From NCBI GenBank assembly GCA_963737635.1, contig CAVTTL010000001.1, positions 1,120,001 through 1,184,000 on the forward strand: a stretch of DNA of 64,000 bases, read 5' to 3'. This document shows positions 53,528-64,000 of the stretch, in pieces; position 1 is the stretch's first letter, and every line of letters starts with the position of its first letter. Position numbers and translations under genes: made by a program. The notes under the pieces are model-generated. The model was not told where the DNA came from. It saw only the letters and a program-made list of their open reading frames with translations, and did not search any database. Origin of the DNA: an uncultured Methanoregulaceae archaeon (GTDB lineage Archaea > Halobacteriota > Methanomicrobia > Methanomicrobiales > Methanospirillaceae).

Positions 53528-55693
53528 CTACTTGAAGCATTCTTCTGCACAGTCAAGAAGGGACGGGTAGTATTTGGTGACGTACTCTTTGACCATGCGA
53601 CGGGCAGAAAATGCTGCCGCATTGCTTTTGATGGATTCTTTCATCATCTTTACCCATCCATGGGGTATACCATCGATGGAGAAATTGTAATAAAGAGGTA
53701 CAACCTGTTTTTCGAGGATGGTATAGAGTGCATTTGCATCGGCAGCATCCCGTGTTTCCGGAGACGGGTCGCCTTCGAAAGCCCAGCCGTTTTTTCCGTT
53801 GTAGCCCTCAATCCACCACCCGTCGAGGATACTCATGTTAAGCACCCCGTTCAATGACGCCTTCATGCCGCTCGTCCCGCACGCTTCCATGGGAGGTACC
53901 GGCGTGTTCATCCAGACATCCACGCCGTGCACCAGATACTGTGCCATCTGCTCCCCGTAGTCCTCGACAAATCCGATCCTTCCCCCGAACTCAGGCTTCC
54001 TGGCATATTGGTATATCCTTTGTAAGAGCATTTTGCCCTCATGATCGGCCGGGTGCGCTTTTCCTGAAAAAATAATCTGGACTGGTTGCCAGGGATTATT
54101 CAGAATGCGCCGGAGACGGGCCGTATCATGGAAAATAAGATCGGCGCGTTTATAGGTGGAAAACCGGCGGGCAAACCCAATCGTAAGAACCGATGGGTTA
54201 AGCATCAGGCACTCTGCAATCAGGTTATCGGGTTCGTTCAACTCTTTTTCCCACTTGATGCGTTTTCTCTCCCTGATCCGATTGAAGAGTTTTTGTTTGA
54301 GCCAGATATGCATCTTCCAGAGTTCCTTATCAGGGATCTCGTCAATGACCTGCCAGATATCCGGGTTATCGTGGTTCGTGTGCCAGTGGGGATCGATACA
54401 ATCGAAATATTTTGAGTAGAGCGTATTCATCCGGGGGTTCAGCCACGTGAGTAAATGGACCCCGTTCGTAATGTGATCGATGGGAATATCCTTCTCTTCC
54501 AGATCAGGCCACAGGCAGCGCCACATGGCCCGGGCAACGTCGCCGTGCTTCTTTGATACCCCGTTATGGTACTGGGAAAGCTTGAGCGCAAACGCCGACA
54601 TGTTGAACCCCCTGCCCGCCTCGCAGGGATGACGTCCCAACTCATAAAAGGTATCGGCATCGATCCCCAGCTGACCGTAATATTCCGAGAAATAATTGTC
54701 CATCAGTTCACGGGGAAAAATGTCATTCCCTGCAGGAACCGGCGTATGGGTCGTAAAGACTGCCATCCGTTTTACCTGTTCCATGGCAGCCGCAAAGGTC
54801 ATGCCGGACGACACCCGCTCCCGGATTCCCTCAAGCTGCGCAAATGCCGGGTGCCCTTCGTTGAGGTGAACAGCGGAGTAGGTGATCCCCAGTTCGCCAA
54901 GCATCCTGCGCCCGCCGATCCCAAGAACGATCTCTTGTCTGAGCCGCTGTTCGGTCTGCTCGGCATACAGGCGGTGGGAGATGGTCCTGTTCTCGGGGAC
55001 ATTCTTTTGAATGTCTGTGTCGAGCAGATAGAGCGGGATCTTCCCCACGTTCACCTTCCATACCGCGGCATACATCTCGGGGGTGATGTAGGGTACCTTT
55101 ATCACCATCTGGCTCCCGGAAGCGTCCAGGACCCGGGTGATGGGTGTAGCATCCCGGTTCAGCGTTTCCGTGATATTCTCCTGCCAGCCATCGGCATTGA
55201 TATGCTGGTGGAGGTACCCCTCCGAGTAAGCAAATCCCACACCTACAATGGGCACCCCGAGATCGCTGCATTCCTTTAAATGATCGCCGGCAAGGAACCC
55301 GAGACCACCCGCATAAAAGGGGAGTGAGTGATGCAGGCCGTACTCGGCAGAGAAATAAGCGATGGTAAGAGGCCGGGTAGTTGCATAATGTTCCGCAAAC
55401 CAGCCTCTGTGGTTTGCCATGTACTGGGAAAACCGGTTCATGATGATATCATACCGGCGCATATATTCCGGGTTTGTCAGGACGCCCTCGATGAATTCTG
55501 CCGGAATCTCCTGAAGCATTTTCACCGGATTATGGACGCTTTGTTTCCATGCCTGCTGGTTGATCTCCTTGAAGAGCACCCGGGCTTCGGGGTGCCAGCT
55601 CCACCAGAGATTGTATGCAAGGTCGATAAGACCGGACAACCGTTCCGGAACATGGGGGAATTTATCTTTCAGCTCATCCTTATGGTCTGGCAT
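53528..55693 (-). CDS. glgP: Alpha-glucan (glycogen) phosphorylase
   Basis: AYNLWWSW, Y.GGLGFLAGD, HLNEGH, FARRF..YKR, EACGTSGMKA. Confidence 0.95.
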   Translation of the reverse strand: MPDHKDELKDKFPHVPERLSGLIDLAYNLWWSWHPEARVLFKEINQQAWKQSVHNPVKMLQEIPAEFIEGVLTNPEYMRRYDIIMNRFSQYMANHRGWFAEHYATTRPLTIAYFSAEYGLHHSLPFYAGGLGFLAGDHLKECSDLGVPIVGVGFAYSEGYLHQHINADGWQENITETLNRDATPITRVLDASGSQMVIKVPYITPEMYAAVWKVNVGKIPLYLLDTDIQKNVPENRTISHRLYAEQTEQRLRQEIVLGIGGRRMLGELGITYSAVHLNEGHPAFAQLEGIRERVSSGMTFAAAMEQVKRMAVFTTHTPVPAGNDIFPRELMDNYFSEYYGQLGIDADTFYELGRHPCEAGRGFNMSAFALKLSQYHNGVSKKHGDVARAMWRCLWPDLEEKDIPIDHITNGVHLLTWLNPRMNTLYSKYFDCIDPHWHTNHDNPDIWQVIDEIPDKELWKMHIWLKQKLFNRIRERKRIKWEKELNEPDNLIAECLMLNPSVLTIGFARRFSTYKRADLIFHDTARLRRILNNPWQPVQIIFSGKAHPADHEGKMLLQRIYQYARKPEFGGRIGFVEDYGEQMAQYLVHGVDVWMNTPVPPMEACGTSGMKASLNGVLNMSILDGWWIEGYNGKNGWAFEGDPSPETRDAADANALYTILEKQVVPLYYNFSIDGIPHGWVKMMKESIKSNAAAFSARRMVKEYVTKYYPSLLDCAEECFK

Positions 55694-55809
55694 GAGGAGA
55701 AACCATCCTTAGTATACTTTTATTGAAGTATGGTTAATACTATGGGAATTGCACCGGCAGATTTATAACCTCTTCACAACCTATCCAGTCTTTTGTAAGG
55801 TGAGTTACT

Positions 55810-57043
55810 GTGAGTACCCTGGGACGAGCTATATGCGGTCGTGCAAAAACCCCGACCGGTTCCGGTGCTGACCGGGTTCAACGCCAATATCGACCGGGTT
55901 ATTACGCTCACACCTCAATTGCTCAGCGTTCTCCGGGAGCATGCCGGGTCTAGCGCTTTCCTTTCGCGGCTGTACCATTCGCTGCGGTACTGTGCTGCCG
56001 ATGAGATGGTGATCAGTGATCCGGCAGTTTTTTCCGGAATTGCATCGGCTCTCCCGGATGAAGCAGGAGCTCTCAATCTGGGTGGGCAGGCAGCACTTGC
56101 CGGGGTCCAGATGCAGAGGCTTGGGATGACGCCTGTCACTTGTGTCGTCCCGGGGAGCGGCCCCAGAACGCGGATGATGCTGAAGGAGAGCGGCGTCCTT
56201 CCCCTGACCTTCCCGGAATCTCACGATCACCCGGATATACTCCATCTCATCTTCGAACATGCCCCGGGTCTCGTGCCTCTGGCTCCCCGGGTTGTACCCC
56301 GGAGCAACCGGTTTATTGTTTCCCCGGAGCATGATCCGTCAACGGTACTCATTCCCAAGGAAAAGGAGGCCTCGTTCCTGGAACAGATCCGATCCTGTAA
56401 GCGTGCGTTTCTTTCCGGCTACCAGTTCCTGAGGGATGATGGGGAGTTTATTGCCGCCGCCTCCCAGCTGCAGGCAATACATAATGTCCACCCCCGGATG
56501 AGAACCCATGTGGAATGCGTTTCCGGGCTGCAACCCCGGGTCTTGTCCCTTATGCTTAAACACATCTTTCCGAATACGGACAGTATTGGGCTCAATGAGC
56601 AGGAACTGGACGCCTTTACCCGGGTGCTTGACCCGGGAAAGGCCGGAGGCATTTTTTTATCCCCGGCGGGGATTGTACGAGATGCCCTTGCCCTTGCGCA
56701 TGCCACCGGGGTACCCAGGCTGCACCTGCACACGTTTGGGTATTATATTCTCATCCTGAAACCCGGGACCGGGGATCCGGAATTATCCAGGGATGCCCTT
56801 CTCTTTGCCGCACAAGAAGGTGCAAACGCAGCGGGGGAGGGCCGGCAGGTCTTGGCCCGGGAAGGCCTCCACGCATATGCCGATATCCGTACTGATTCAG
56901 GTTTGGATAAACCGCAGGGCGTTTTTACCGTTGGGGATCGGGTTGTGGTATTGGTCCCCACTCTTATTGCACAAAACGTCCGGAAAACAACCGGGCTTGG
57001 GGATATTCTTTCTTCCACTGCGTTTGTTACCGATCCCTTCTGA
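55810..57043 (+). CDS. ADP-dependent glucokinase/phosphofructokinase family (start probably GTG 55810 with extra G55814)
   Basis: GFNANID, LGGQA, HLIFE, PRSNRFI, SIGLNEQE, HTFGYY, TTGLGD. Confidence 0.88.
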
Positions 57044-57066
57044 CCGCAAAAAAAAGTTAAAACGAC

Positions 57067-57342
57067 TCAATTCTGAGCATTTCTTGTCTCCAGTTTTAGC
57101 TCCTGCAATACTGTCCGTATATGGTTTTTAAGTAATTTTTCCCCCTCCTCGGAGATCAGCCAGTCTATCATATGATTTTTATAATAAATCTCATCCCTAA
57201 AAAACGATATCAGGGCAGCGGTGATTACGTCGTTTCTGGATGCGTACTCCCCGTTTTCAATAGCCTCATTGATCTTTTGCAGGAGATCATGCGGGCATTT
57301 ATAGGACAGCTGCACCTTAGGCTTACCCTTGATCGAAGGCAT
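57067..57342 (-). CDS. Ribbon-helix-helix (CopG/Arc) regulator
   Basis: VQLSYKCP..LL.KI...I..G.YASR.DVI..AL. Confidence 0.75.
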   Translation of the reverse strand: MPSIKGKPKVQLSYKCPHDLLQKINEAIENGEYASRNDVITAALISFFRDEIYYKNHMIDWLISEEGEKLLKNHIRTVLQELKLETRNAQN

Positions 57343-57590
57343 TTACATAACAATGCAAGGTTTATTTAAACTATTTTTGTAATTCTAATGAGGTTCTAGA
57401 AAACTTTATATTGGAGCACATTTCCCATACTGTATCAACCATGTTTTGCAATACCTTTATCTCCACCTTTCAGGAATGCACCGTTCCCGGGAAATGTTTT
57501 TCCAGCACCGTCCGGCATACTTGTCCTTCCTATGATAAAATCCGTCCGGTTCCGTGACATTTTAACGATGAATAAAACCGGAAAAAACGA

Positions 57591-59643
57591 ATGCTGACGC
57601 TGGACTTTATGGAGCGAACAGAGGGAGATTTCTGCGACGGAAACACCCTGCATGAACCATGCCAGGGTAATCCGAAACCCTGTTTATCCCCCCAGAAGAA
57701 CCGTGCGATATCCATTTTGTATGTCGACGATGAAATCTCGATGCTTGGCATCACAAAACTGTATCTTGAGCGGAGCAGTGATTTCACCGTTGAAACGGTC
57801 GACTCCGCGCAGAATGCTCTCGAGATGCTCAAAGATCGCCAGTACGATGCCATCGTCTCTGATTACCAAATGCCGGCGATGAACGGCATTACCTTTTTAA
57901 AAACACTGAGATTCAGGGGAGATACCACTCCCTTTATCCTGTTTACCGGCCGGGGACGGGAGGAAATTGTTATCGAGGCACTCAACAGCGGTGCCGATTT
58001 TTATCTCCAAAAGGGAGGTGGCCCTTCGTCGATGTTTGTCGAACTGGCGCACAAGCTCAGTTTGATCGTGGAGCAGCGAAGAATAAAGACCGAGCTCTCT
58101 GAATCCCGTCGCAGGCTCGCCGACATTATCGAGTTCCTGCCGGATGCTGCTTTTGCCATAAATTCCGAAGGAAAGGTCATTGCATGGAACAAGGCAATCG
58201 AAGCAATGACCGGTGTACCTGCCGCTGATATGCTCGGGAAAGGCGATCATGAATACGCAATCCCATTCTACGGGGAACGGCTGCCGCTCCTGATCGACCT
58301 GATCTTAGGACCGCCGGAAAAAATGAGTGAAAAGTACTCCAATATTGTGCGTGACGGGGATATTCTTAGTGCAGAAAACAGCCTCGCCCATCCGAGAGGA
58401 ATTGACCTTATCTTTACCGGAAAGGCGAGCCCCCTCTATAACCAGAAAGGAGAAGTGATCGGGGCGATCGAATCCATCCATGATATCACCCGGCAGCGAA
58501 AAGCCGAAGAAAAATTGAGGATTGCCCACAAAGACCTGAATGCTGCGTACGAACAGCTGACCACAACCGAAGAGGGAGCTGCGCCAGAATTATGATGAAC
58601 TTGCCCGAAACCAGCGGGCTCTCGGGGAAAGCGAGAGAAAATACCGGCGTCTCGTTGAGGCGGCGAACGAGGGTATCTGGGTGGTCGACCGGGATATGAA
58701 TACCACGTTCGTCAACCAGCGTTTTACCGATATGCTCGGTTATACCCGCGAGGAGATGGCAGGCCATAATGTGCTGGAGTATGTTATGAGCGAAGACCGC
58801 AGTTCCCTGGAGGCTCAGGTTGTCAACCGGAGAAATGGGTTTAAAAGCCGTTACGATTGCCGGTTCGTGCACCGCGACGGGAGGATCATCTGGTGTTTTC
58901 TCTCCAGTTCGCCCCTGCTCGACGAGTCCGGTTGCTTTCAGGGATCTTTTGGCATGGTGACAGACATCACCGAATGGAAAAAAGCAGAAGATGCCCTCAA
59001 ACACGTCAACAAGAAGCTGATCCTGGTCAATCACGTAACCCAGCACGATACCCTGAATGCTCTTACCGGTATTTTCGGACTGGTTGATATGGTATCCTCA
59101 ATTGAAGTCAAGGGTAAGCATGAGGCCGAGCTTGCACGTATCAGGGATCTTGCCCGGGTCATCCAGTGCCAGGTCGGCTTTATCAAGGATTACCAGGATG
59201 TGGGTGTTTATCCCCCGGCATGGCAGCGCATCCGCGACCCAATTTGTGCAGCGTTTGCAGTGCTCGGGAATATTACCCTGCAGGTTGAGGTGGCCGATAT
59301 GGAGATTCTCGCTGATCTGCTCTTGGGAAAAGTCTTTTCTTCGCTTGCCGCATTTGCGGTGAGGCCCGGTGAAAGAATTACGAAGATCCGGTTTACTACG
59401 GTTGAATCTCCGAATAGCTTGAAAATTATCTATGAAGATAATGGGACCGCGGTCCCGGTGGAGGAAAAAGAGCAGATATTCAAGAGAGGCTATTACCAGA
59501 ATACCGGTTTTGGTTTGTTTTTGTCCCGGGAGATCTTGGCGATAACCGGAATCACTATTCAGGAAACTGGTACGCCGGGAGAAGGGTCCCGGTTTGAGAT
59601 TTCAGTGCCCAGAGAAAAGTTCCGGCCCGGTTTTGATGGGTAA
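57591..59643 (+). CDS. Hybrid sensor kinase REC-PAS-PAS-HK; extra G at ~58575
   Basis: YVDDE/SDY.MP/FTG; two PAS domains; QHD.LN.L; EDNG, TGFGLFLSREIL. Confidence 0.88.
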
Positions 59644-59666
59644 GGAAAACGGCCAAACGCAGGGAT

Positions 59667-60050
59667 GTGGCAGGCACGAGAACAAAAAAGGTTACGTACT
59701 TTACCGAAAAAGAGGAAGAATTAGCCGATCTTCTCATAACGATTGGTATAAAGAAAAATGTGGCAAAAGTGCTGGTATTTTTGGCAGATAGTCCCGAAAC
59801 GACCAGCCGGGCCATTGAGCGCGGAACTGATCTTCGCCAACCGGAAGTGAATATTGTCATGCACTATCTTATGGATCAGGGCTGGATCGTGAGCCGCGAG
59901 AAGAAAGTGGAGAGCAAGGGACGCCCGTTAAAGATCTATGAGCTGGCAATGCCCTTCACTAGGATTATCGATCTCATCGATGAAGAGAAGAAGAAAGAGG
60001 CGACCAGCAAGCTCACAAAAATACGAAAATTGTGGGATTATGTCGACTGA
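59667..60050 (+). CDS. Archaeal wHTH transcriptional regulator (COG4738/TrmB-like)
   Basis: NVAKVLVFL..TSR.IERGTDLRQPEV..GRP..Y.L. Confidence 0.85.
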   Translation: MAGTRTKKVTYFTEKEEELADLLITIGIKKNVAKVLVFLADSPETTSRAIERGTDLRQPEVNIVMHYLMDQGWIVSREKKVESKGRPLKIYELAMPFTRIIDLIDEEKKKEATSKLTKIRKLWDYVD

Positions 60051-60115
60051 CGCCAGTGTAGAGACCTTAATTCATGATCTTTTAAGGGAGGTGCTCTCAC
60101 GCTCCCCGTGCAGCA

Positions 60116-60487
60116 TCAATACCTTCTTCCCGGCACAACACCCCGGATACCTCCCCGGACTTCCGATACGTCCCCGGCGTAGCGGGGGATCATATGGCAG
60201 TGGCAGTGCATAATGGACTGTCCCGCTGCTTCACCCACATTGAACCCGATATTGTAACCGGCAGGCCTGAAATGTTCCTCGATCACCTGTTTGCATTCAT
60301 CGATGAGCTCAAGCGTTGCAAGACGCTCTTGGGATGTCAGTGAAAAGAAATCAGGTATATGCCGGAACGGGATCACCAGTAGGTGGCCTTTGCTGACCGG
60401 GAACCGGTCCCAGCGGGCATAACAGAGATCGTTTTTTGCGATAATGTCATCGGCAAAAGGATTACAGAACGGGCATTTCGGCTCCAT
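60116..60487 (-). CDS. HIT family hydrolase
   Basis: CPFC, FPVSKGH.LVIP.RH, AAGQ..HCHCH.IPR. Confidence 0.92.
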   Translation of the reverse strand: MEPKCPFCNPFADDIIAKNDLCYARWDRFPVSKGHLLVIPFRHIPDFFSLTSQERLATLELIDECKQVIEEHFRPAGYNIGFNVGEAAGQSIMHCHCHMIPRYAGDVSEVRGGIRGVVPGRRY

Positions 60488-60789
60488 GCATCAGGCCCCC
60501 GGACATTGGTGAGATACCGGCATCTTTCTCTCGGGCGCCCAATATACGCTTTCCTGCTGATTAGAGATGAACGCCATGGCTTCTATCAACAGGACCCGTA
60601 TTTCATGGAGATCGTACGATGCCATAAATTGAGCTCTCCTGCAATGCTTTTCGTTCTTTCCTTTGAGGAATATATGTCGGTCTTCCTCCGCTGGCTGATT
60701 GTTCAATTCGACAGTATTAATTGCCCATGGCAGTAATCGATCCATAAGCTGATATGTCCCTTTGAGAAAGCCATCGCAGGAATGATCCA

Positions 60790-63095
60790 TTGACTGTCCA
60801 GATCGATTTACCCCAAAAGAGCAATTCCTCCGCGGCCACCACATCATGCGGAAAGCTTACTTTTAAACACCTGACTATAGTTTTTGGGCTTTCGACGTTA
60901 GTCATAGGTGCACTCGGGATTTTTGCAGTACCGCTTGGTATTCCCCTGATTTTTGGTCCGAACCAAAGTTACCGGGTAGAAGCGTTAAGCGCAGCCCTGA
61001 TCTGGATCTTTGTCGGTTCAGTTCTCACATATCACGCTGTAAGACCGCTGCAATGGACCCTGGGACTGGTCATACAGGCAATTCTGGTTCTCGTTGCGGC
61101 CGCTGAATCTCTCGAGTTCACCTGTAGTATCTTGGGAGGTCACTGTTTCATCGAGGCCCTTTTTGTCAGGGCAGGGACGGTAATCATGGGGCAGTTATCG
61201 TCCCCTATCTCCCCTGCAGCTGCCGGTCTTGCAGTTCCCGTGACCATTGCAGTGGTTTTCATTATCCGGGACCCGGTCCTTCTGCAAAGTCGATGAAGAT
61301 TCGTGATGCGATCGGCATTCTTGGACTCTTGATCTCCATTATAAGCTTCACTTTTGTGATGAGCTATGCTTATGGTTCACCCCTGATCTATGGAACACAA
61401 TTTATACCGATTGCATTCATGTCGGCACTTGCTGTATTCTTTGCCGGGGCCGCCCTTGTCGCCGCTGCCGGTCCGGAGGCATTCCCGATCAGGTTATTAA
61501 TCGGTAAATCCATCAGGGCACGCCTCCTCCGGCTCTTTGTTCCGCTGGTTATCTGCATTATCTTTATCGAAAATGTTGTGTTTGTTGGACTGTCTTCGTG
61601 GTTCAATATCCACAATGCAATCCTCCTCTCGGTAAGCCTCGTTATTTTTATTGTCGTCACGGCTTTCGTAGTTACCAAAGTTTCTGCATCGATGGGAAAG
61701 AGACTTGAACATGCTGAGCAGGAGCTTGTCCGGAAAAACGAAGACCTGAACGCGCTCAATGAGGAACTTACAGTTGCCCAGGAAGAATTGCGCCAGAGTA
61801 ACGATATGCTTCTGGCAAATGAACGCCAATTGGCGCAGAAAAACGAAGATTTAAACGCGCTCAATGAGGAACTCACGGTTGCCGAGGAAGAACTGCGCCA
61901 GAGCAACAATGAATTGATCCGGCGGGAGCAGGAAGTCAGCGCCGAGAAAGAACGGCTCTCATCCCTTATCAACAGCATCAGTGACGAGGTCTGGTTTGCG
62001 GATACCCGGCAGAGATTTACTCTCGCCAATGAGGCCGGCCTCAGGGAATTTGGCCTCAGTGCCGGTAACCATATCGACGTGGAAAAATTGGCAACAAATC
62101 TTGAAGTATTCCGCCTGGACGGCAGCCCCCGGCCTGTAGAGGAAGCCCCGCCGTTGCGTGCCCTGAAAGGGGAAGTGATAAAGAACCAGATAGAGATCGT
62201 TCGCACCCCAAGGCAGGGAGCGATGCGGTACCGGCAGGTGAGTTCCTCGCCGGTAAAGGATATTTCGGGAAACATTATCGGATCAGTATCGTTGGTAAGG
62301 GATATTACGGAGCAGAAGCAGGCTGAGGAGGAACTGAAGCGAATGAATGCAGATCTCTCGGTTGCTTATGAGGAAATCACGGCAAAAGAAGAAGAACTCC
62401 GCCAGAATTTCGAAGAACTGAGCCAGCGGGAGCAGGACCTCCACAAAGCGTTGACCGAAAAAGAGGTTCTTCTCTCTGAGATCCATCACCGGGTCAAGAA
62501 TAACCTCACGGCATTTATCTCCCTCCTCTCCCTTGAAGGTTCAATAGAAGATTCGCCGGCCGGGAAAATGCTCAGGCAGGACCTGCAGAACCGTGCGAGG
62601 AGTATGGCCCTCATCCATGAGACCTTATACCGGACCAACAGGTTCGACGAAGTTGATCTTGGGGTGTACCTCGGAACACTGGTCAACCAGGTTGCGCAGA
62701 TATTCAGGATGACCCGGCCGGTAAAAATGGTAGTTGACGTCCACGGTGTTATGCTGGACCTCCCCCGGGCCACCCCGGTGGGTCTGATCGTCAACGAATT
62801 GGTAACAAACTCTTTCAAGTACGCTTTTCCGGAGTCGTTCGATGTCCAGGCTGCCCGAGGGGCTCCCCCCACTATCTCGGTAACTCTGGTAAAAGATGAT
62901 GGGTTCTATATCCTGACCGTAAAGGACAACGGGACTGGCCTTCCCCATGATCTTGATATTACAAAAACCAAGACCCTCGGGCTGAAGCTGGTGAACTTCC
63001 TTGCACGTCACCAGCTACGGGCGACAATTCAAACCAAAACACAAAACGGGACCGAATTCGTGTTCAGGTTCCGGGAGAACGATCTAAGTGAATAG
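60790..63095 (+). CDS. Membrane sensor histidine kinase (multi-TM, coiled coil, PAS, HisKA_2, HATPase); apparent 1-nt deletion at ~61268
   Basis: N-terminus paralogous to the 49230-52908 kinase; EIHHRVKNNL, NELVTNS.KYAF, DNGTG. Confidence 0.88.
61734..61915 (+). repeat. 105-bp tandem coding duplication (KNEDLNALNEELTVAxEELRQSN x2)
   Basis: aaaaacgaaga..aacgcgctcaatgaggaact at 61734 and 61839. Confidence 0.85.
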
Positions 63096-63465
63096 GTCGT
63101 GTACATCCGTTCTGGTTGTAGAAGACGACGGTCTTATTGCGATGCACCTGAGCGAGGTATTGGAGAAGGCAGGTTATCACGTGAGTACCCCGGAATTTTC
63201 CGGGGAGAATGTGATAAACCGGCTCAAAACGGCACCTCATCCGGATGTCATACTGATGGATATAGGCCTTGGGGGAAATCTTAATGGAATTGAAACGACG
63301 CGGCAGATCCGCCAATTGTACGATATCCCTGTTATATTTCTGACCGCATATTCGGATGAAGCAAGGATTGCAGAAGCAAAGGAGATCTCTCCTTATGGGT
63401 ATATCCTCAAACCGTGCATAGAACAGGATCTTGTGGCTGCAATTGAGCACGCATTGGGCCGGTAA
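63088..63465 (+). CDS. Stand-alone response regulator receiver
   Basis: VVEDD, LMDI, FLTA, KP; overlaps the kinase stop. Confidence 0.9.
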   Translation: MNRSCTSVLVVEDDGLIAMHLSEVLEKAGYHVSTPEFSGENVINRLKTAPHPDVILMDIGLGGNLNGIETTRQIRQLYDIPVIFLTAYSDEARIAEAKEISPYGYILKPCIEQDLVAAIEHALGR

Positions 63466-63667
63466 TCAACCGGTATGAGAACAGGTCTGGAGATCGCAAA
63501 GAGATAATCGCTTAAAGTTTCTATCTATCATCACCTGAAATTATCTGAAGAGTCGTCCACCACCGGACTCATCAAAATCCCCGGATCGCCAAAAAACCCC
63601 GGAATAACTGCGGAATTTTTCGCAGTCATGGTCGGATATTTATATTTCTCACATATACAATCTTTGT

Positions 63668-64000
63668 ATGAATTACAAGGTAGTCATCATCCTTATCGTG
63701 TGCATCGCGGCAGTGGTTATTGCCGGGTGCACCAGCACTCAAAACAGCGTGGAGAGATCCACGATTATGCAAAGTTCCCCGGCATCTGTGGGAGGCAGTG
63801 GAGATTCGTATAGTTTTGTCCCAAGCGCGAAAACGGTCGAATCAGTGCCGATTGCACCACCGGTCCCTACATCCAATGGGCTGCCGGGCGAGGGAATCGA
63901 TCAGAAGATCATCAAGACCGCGGACATCTCGCTTGAAGTAAGCAATGTCACCAGCGCTGCGGCAGCCATCGAACAGATGGGCACCGGGGCAGGAGGATAC
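63668..64000 (+). CDS. DUF4349-like lipoprotein, N-terminal part (runs off window)
   Basis: Translated by hand: MNYKVVIILIVCIAAVVIAGC..DQKIIKTADISLEV.NV..A...I......GGY. Confidence 0.75.
   Translation, partial: MNYKVVIILIVCIAAVVIAGCTSTQNSVERSTIMQSSPASVGGSGDSYSFVPSAKTVESVPIAPPVPTSNGLPGEGIDQKIIKTADISLEVSNVTSAAAAIEQMGTGAGGY

Noticed and set aside
60491-60847. ORFs between the HIT gene and the kinase
   Set aside because: No recognisable domain, mutually overlapping; probably non-coding
1-64000. tRNA/rRNA genes, integrases, transposases, provirus, Sec/Pyl recoding
   Set aside because: None recognised by eye; gene breaks are frameshifts rather than in-frame TGA/TAG. A covariance-model search was not possible

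Overview
Archaeal chromosomal DNA. The gene content (SepRS, Taw1, aRF1, archaeal S12/S7/EF-2, archaeal phosphoribulokinase, HisKA_2 kinases) points to a methanogen, most like Methanomicrobiales/Methanoregula; this is an inference. About 1-20 kb is mostly housekeeping: a partial DNA MTase, an MrfB/MrfA-like nuclease-helicase pair, prk, sepS-taw1-argS-aRF1, queDEC and rps12-rps7-fusA. About 27-57 kb is a dense stress/storage island: ArsC, CcdA plus DipZ-like, an MsrA-Grx fusion, SOD, a MerA-like reductase, OYE, two Hsp20s, GrpE-DnaK, glycogen enzymes and ADP-dependent sugar kinase, followed by several two-component genes. Main finding: six promoters in the island share a ~50-bp module. It has tandem direct repeats TGTTTCAAA at exactly 12-bp period, with the proximal repeat starting 31 bp before a TATA-like box that is usually preceded by a purine-rich BRE-like tract. 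This looks like an activator-controlled general-stress regulon. The island also encodes a plausible cognate regulator, a REC-MEDS-like-PadR/wHTH response regulator directly downstream of a multi-PAS/GAF membrane kinase. About 13 frameshifts, including ones in essential genes, are almost all single-G indels on the + strand. I treat them as sequencing errors, but they cluster at GATC and GTAC.
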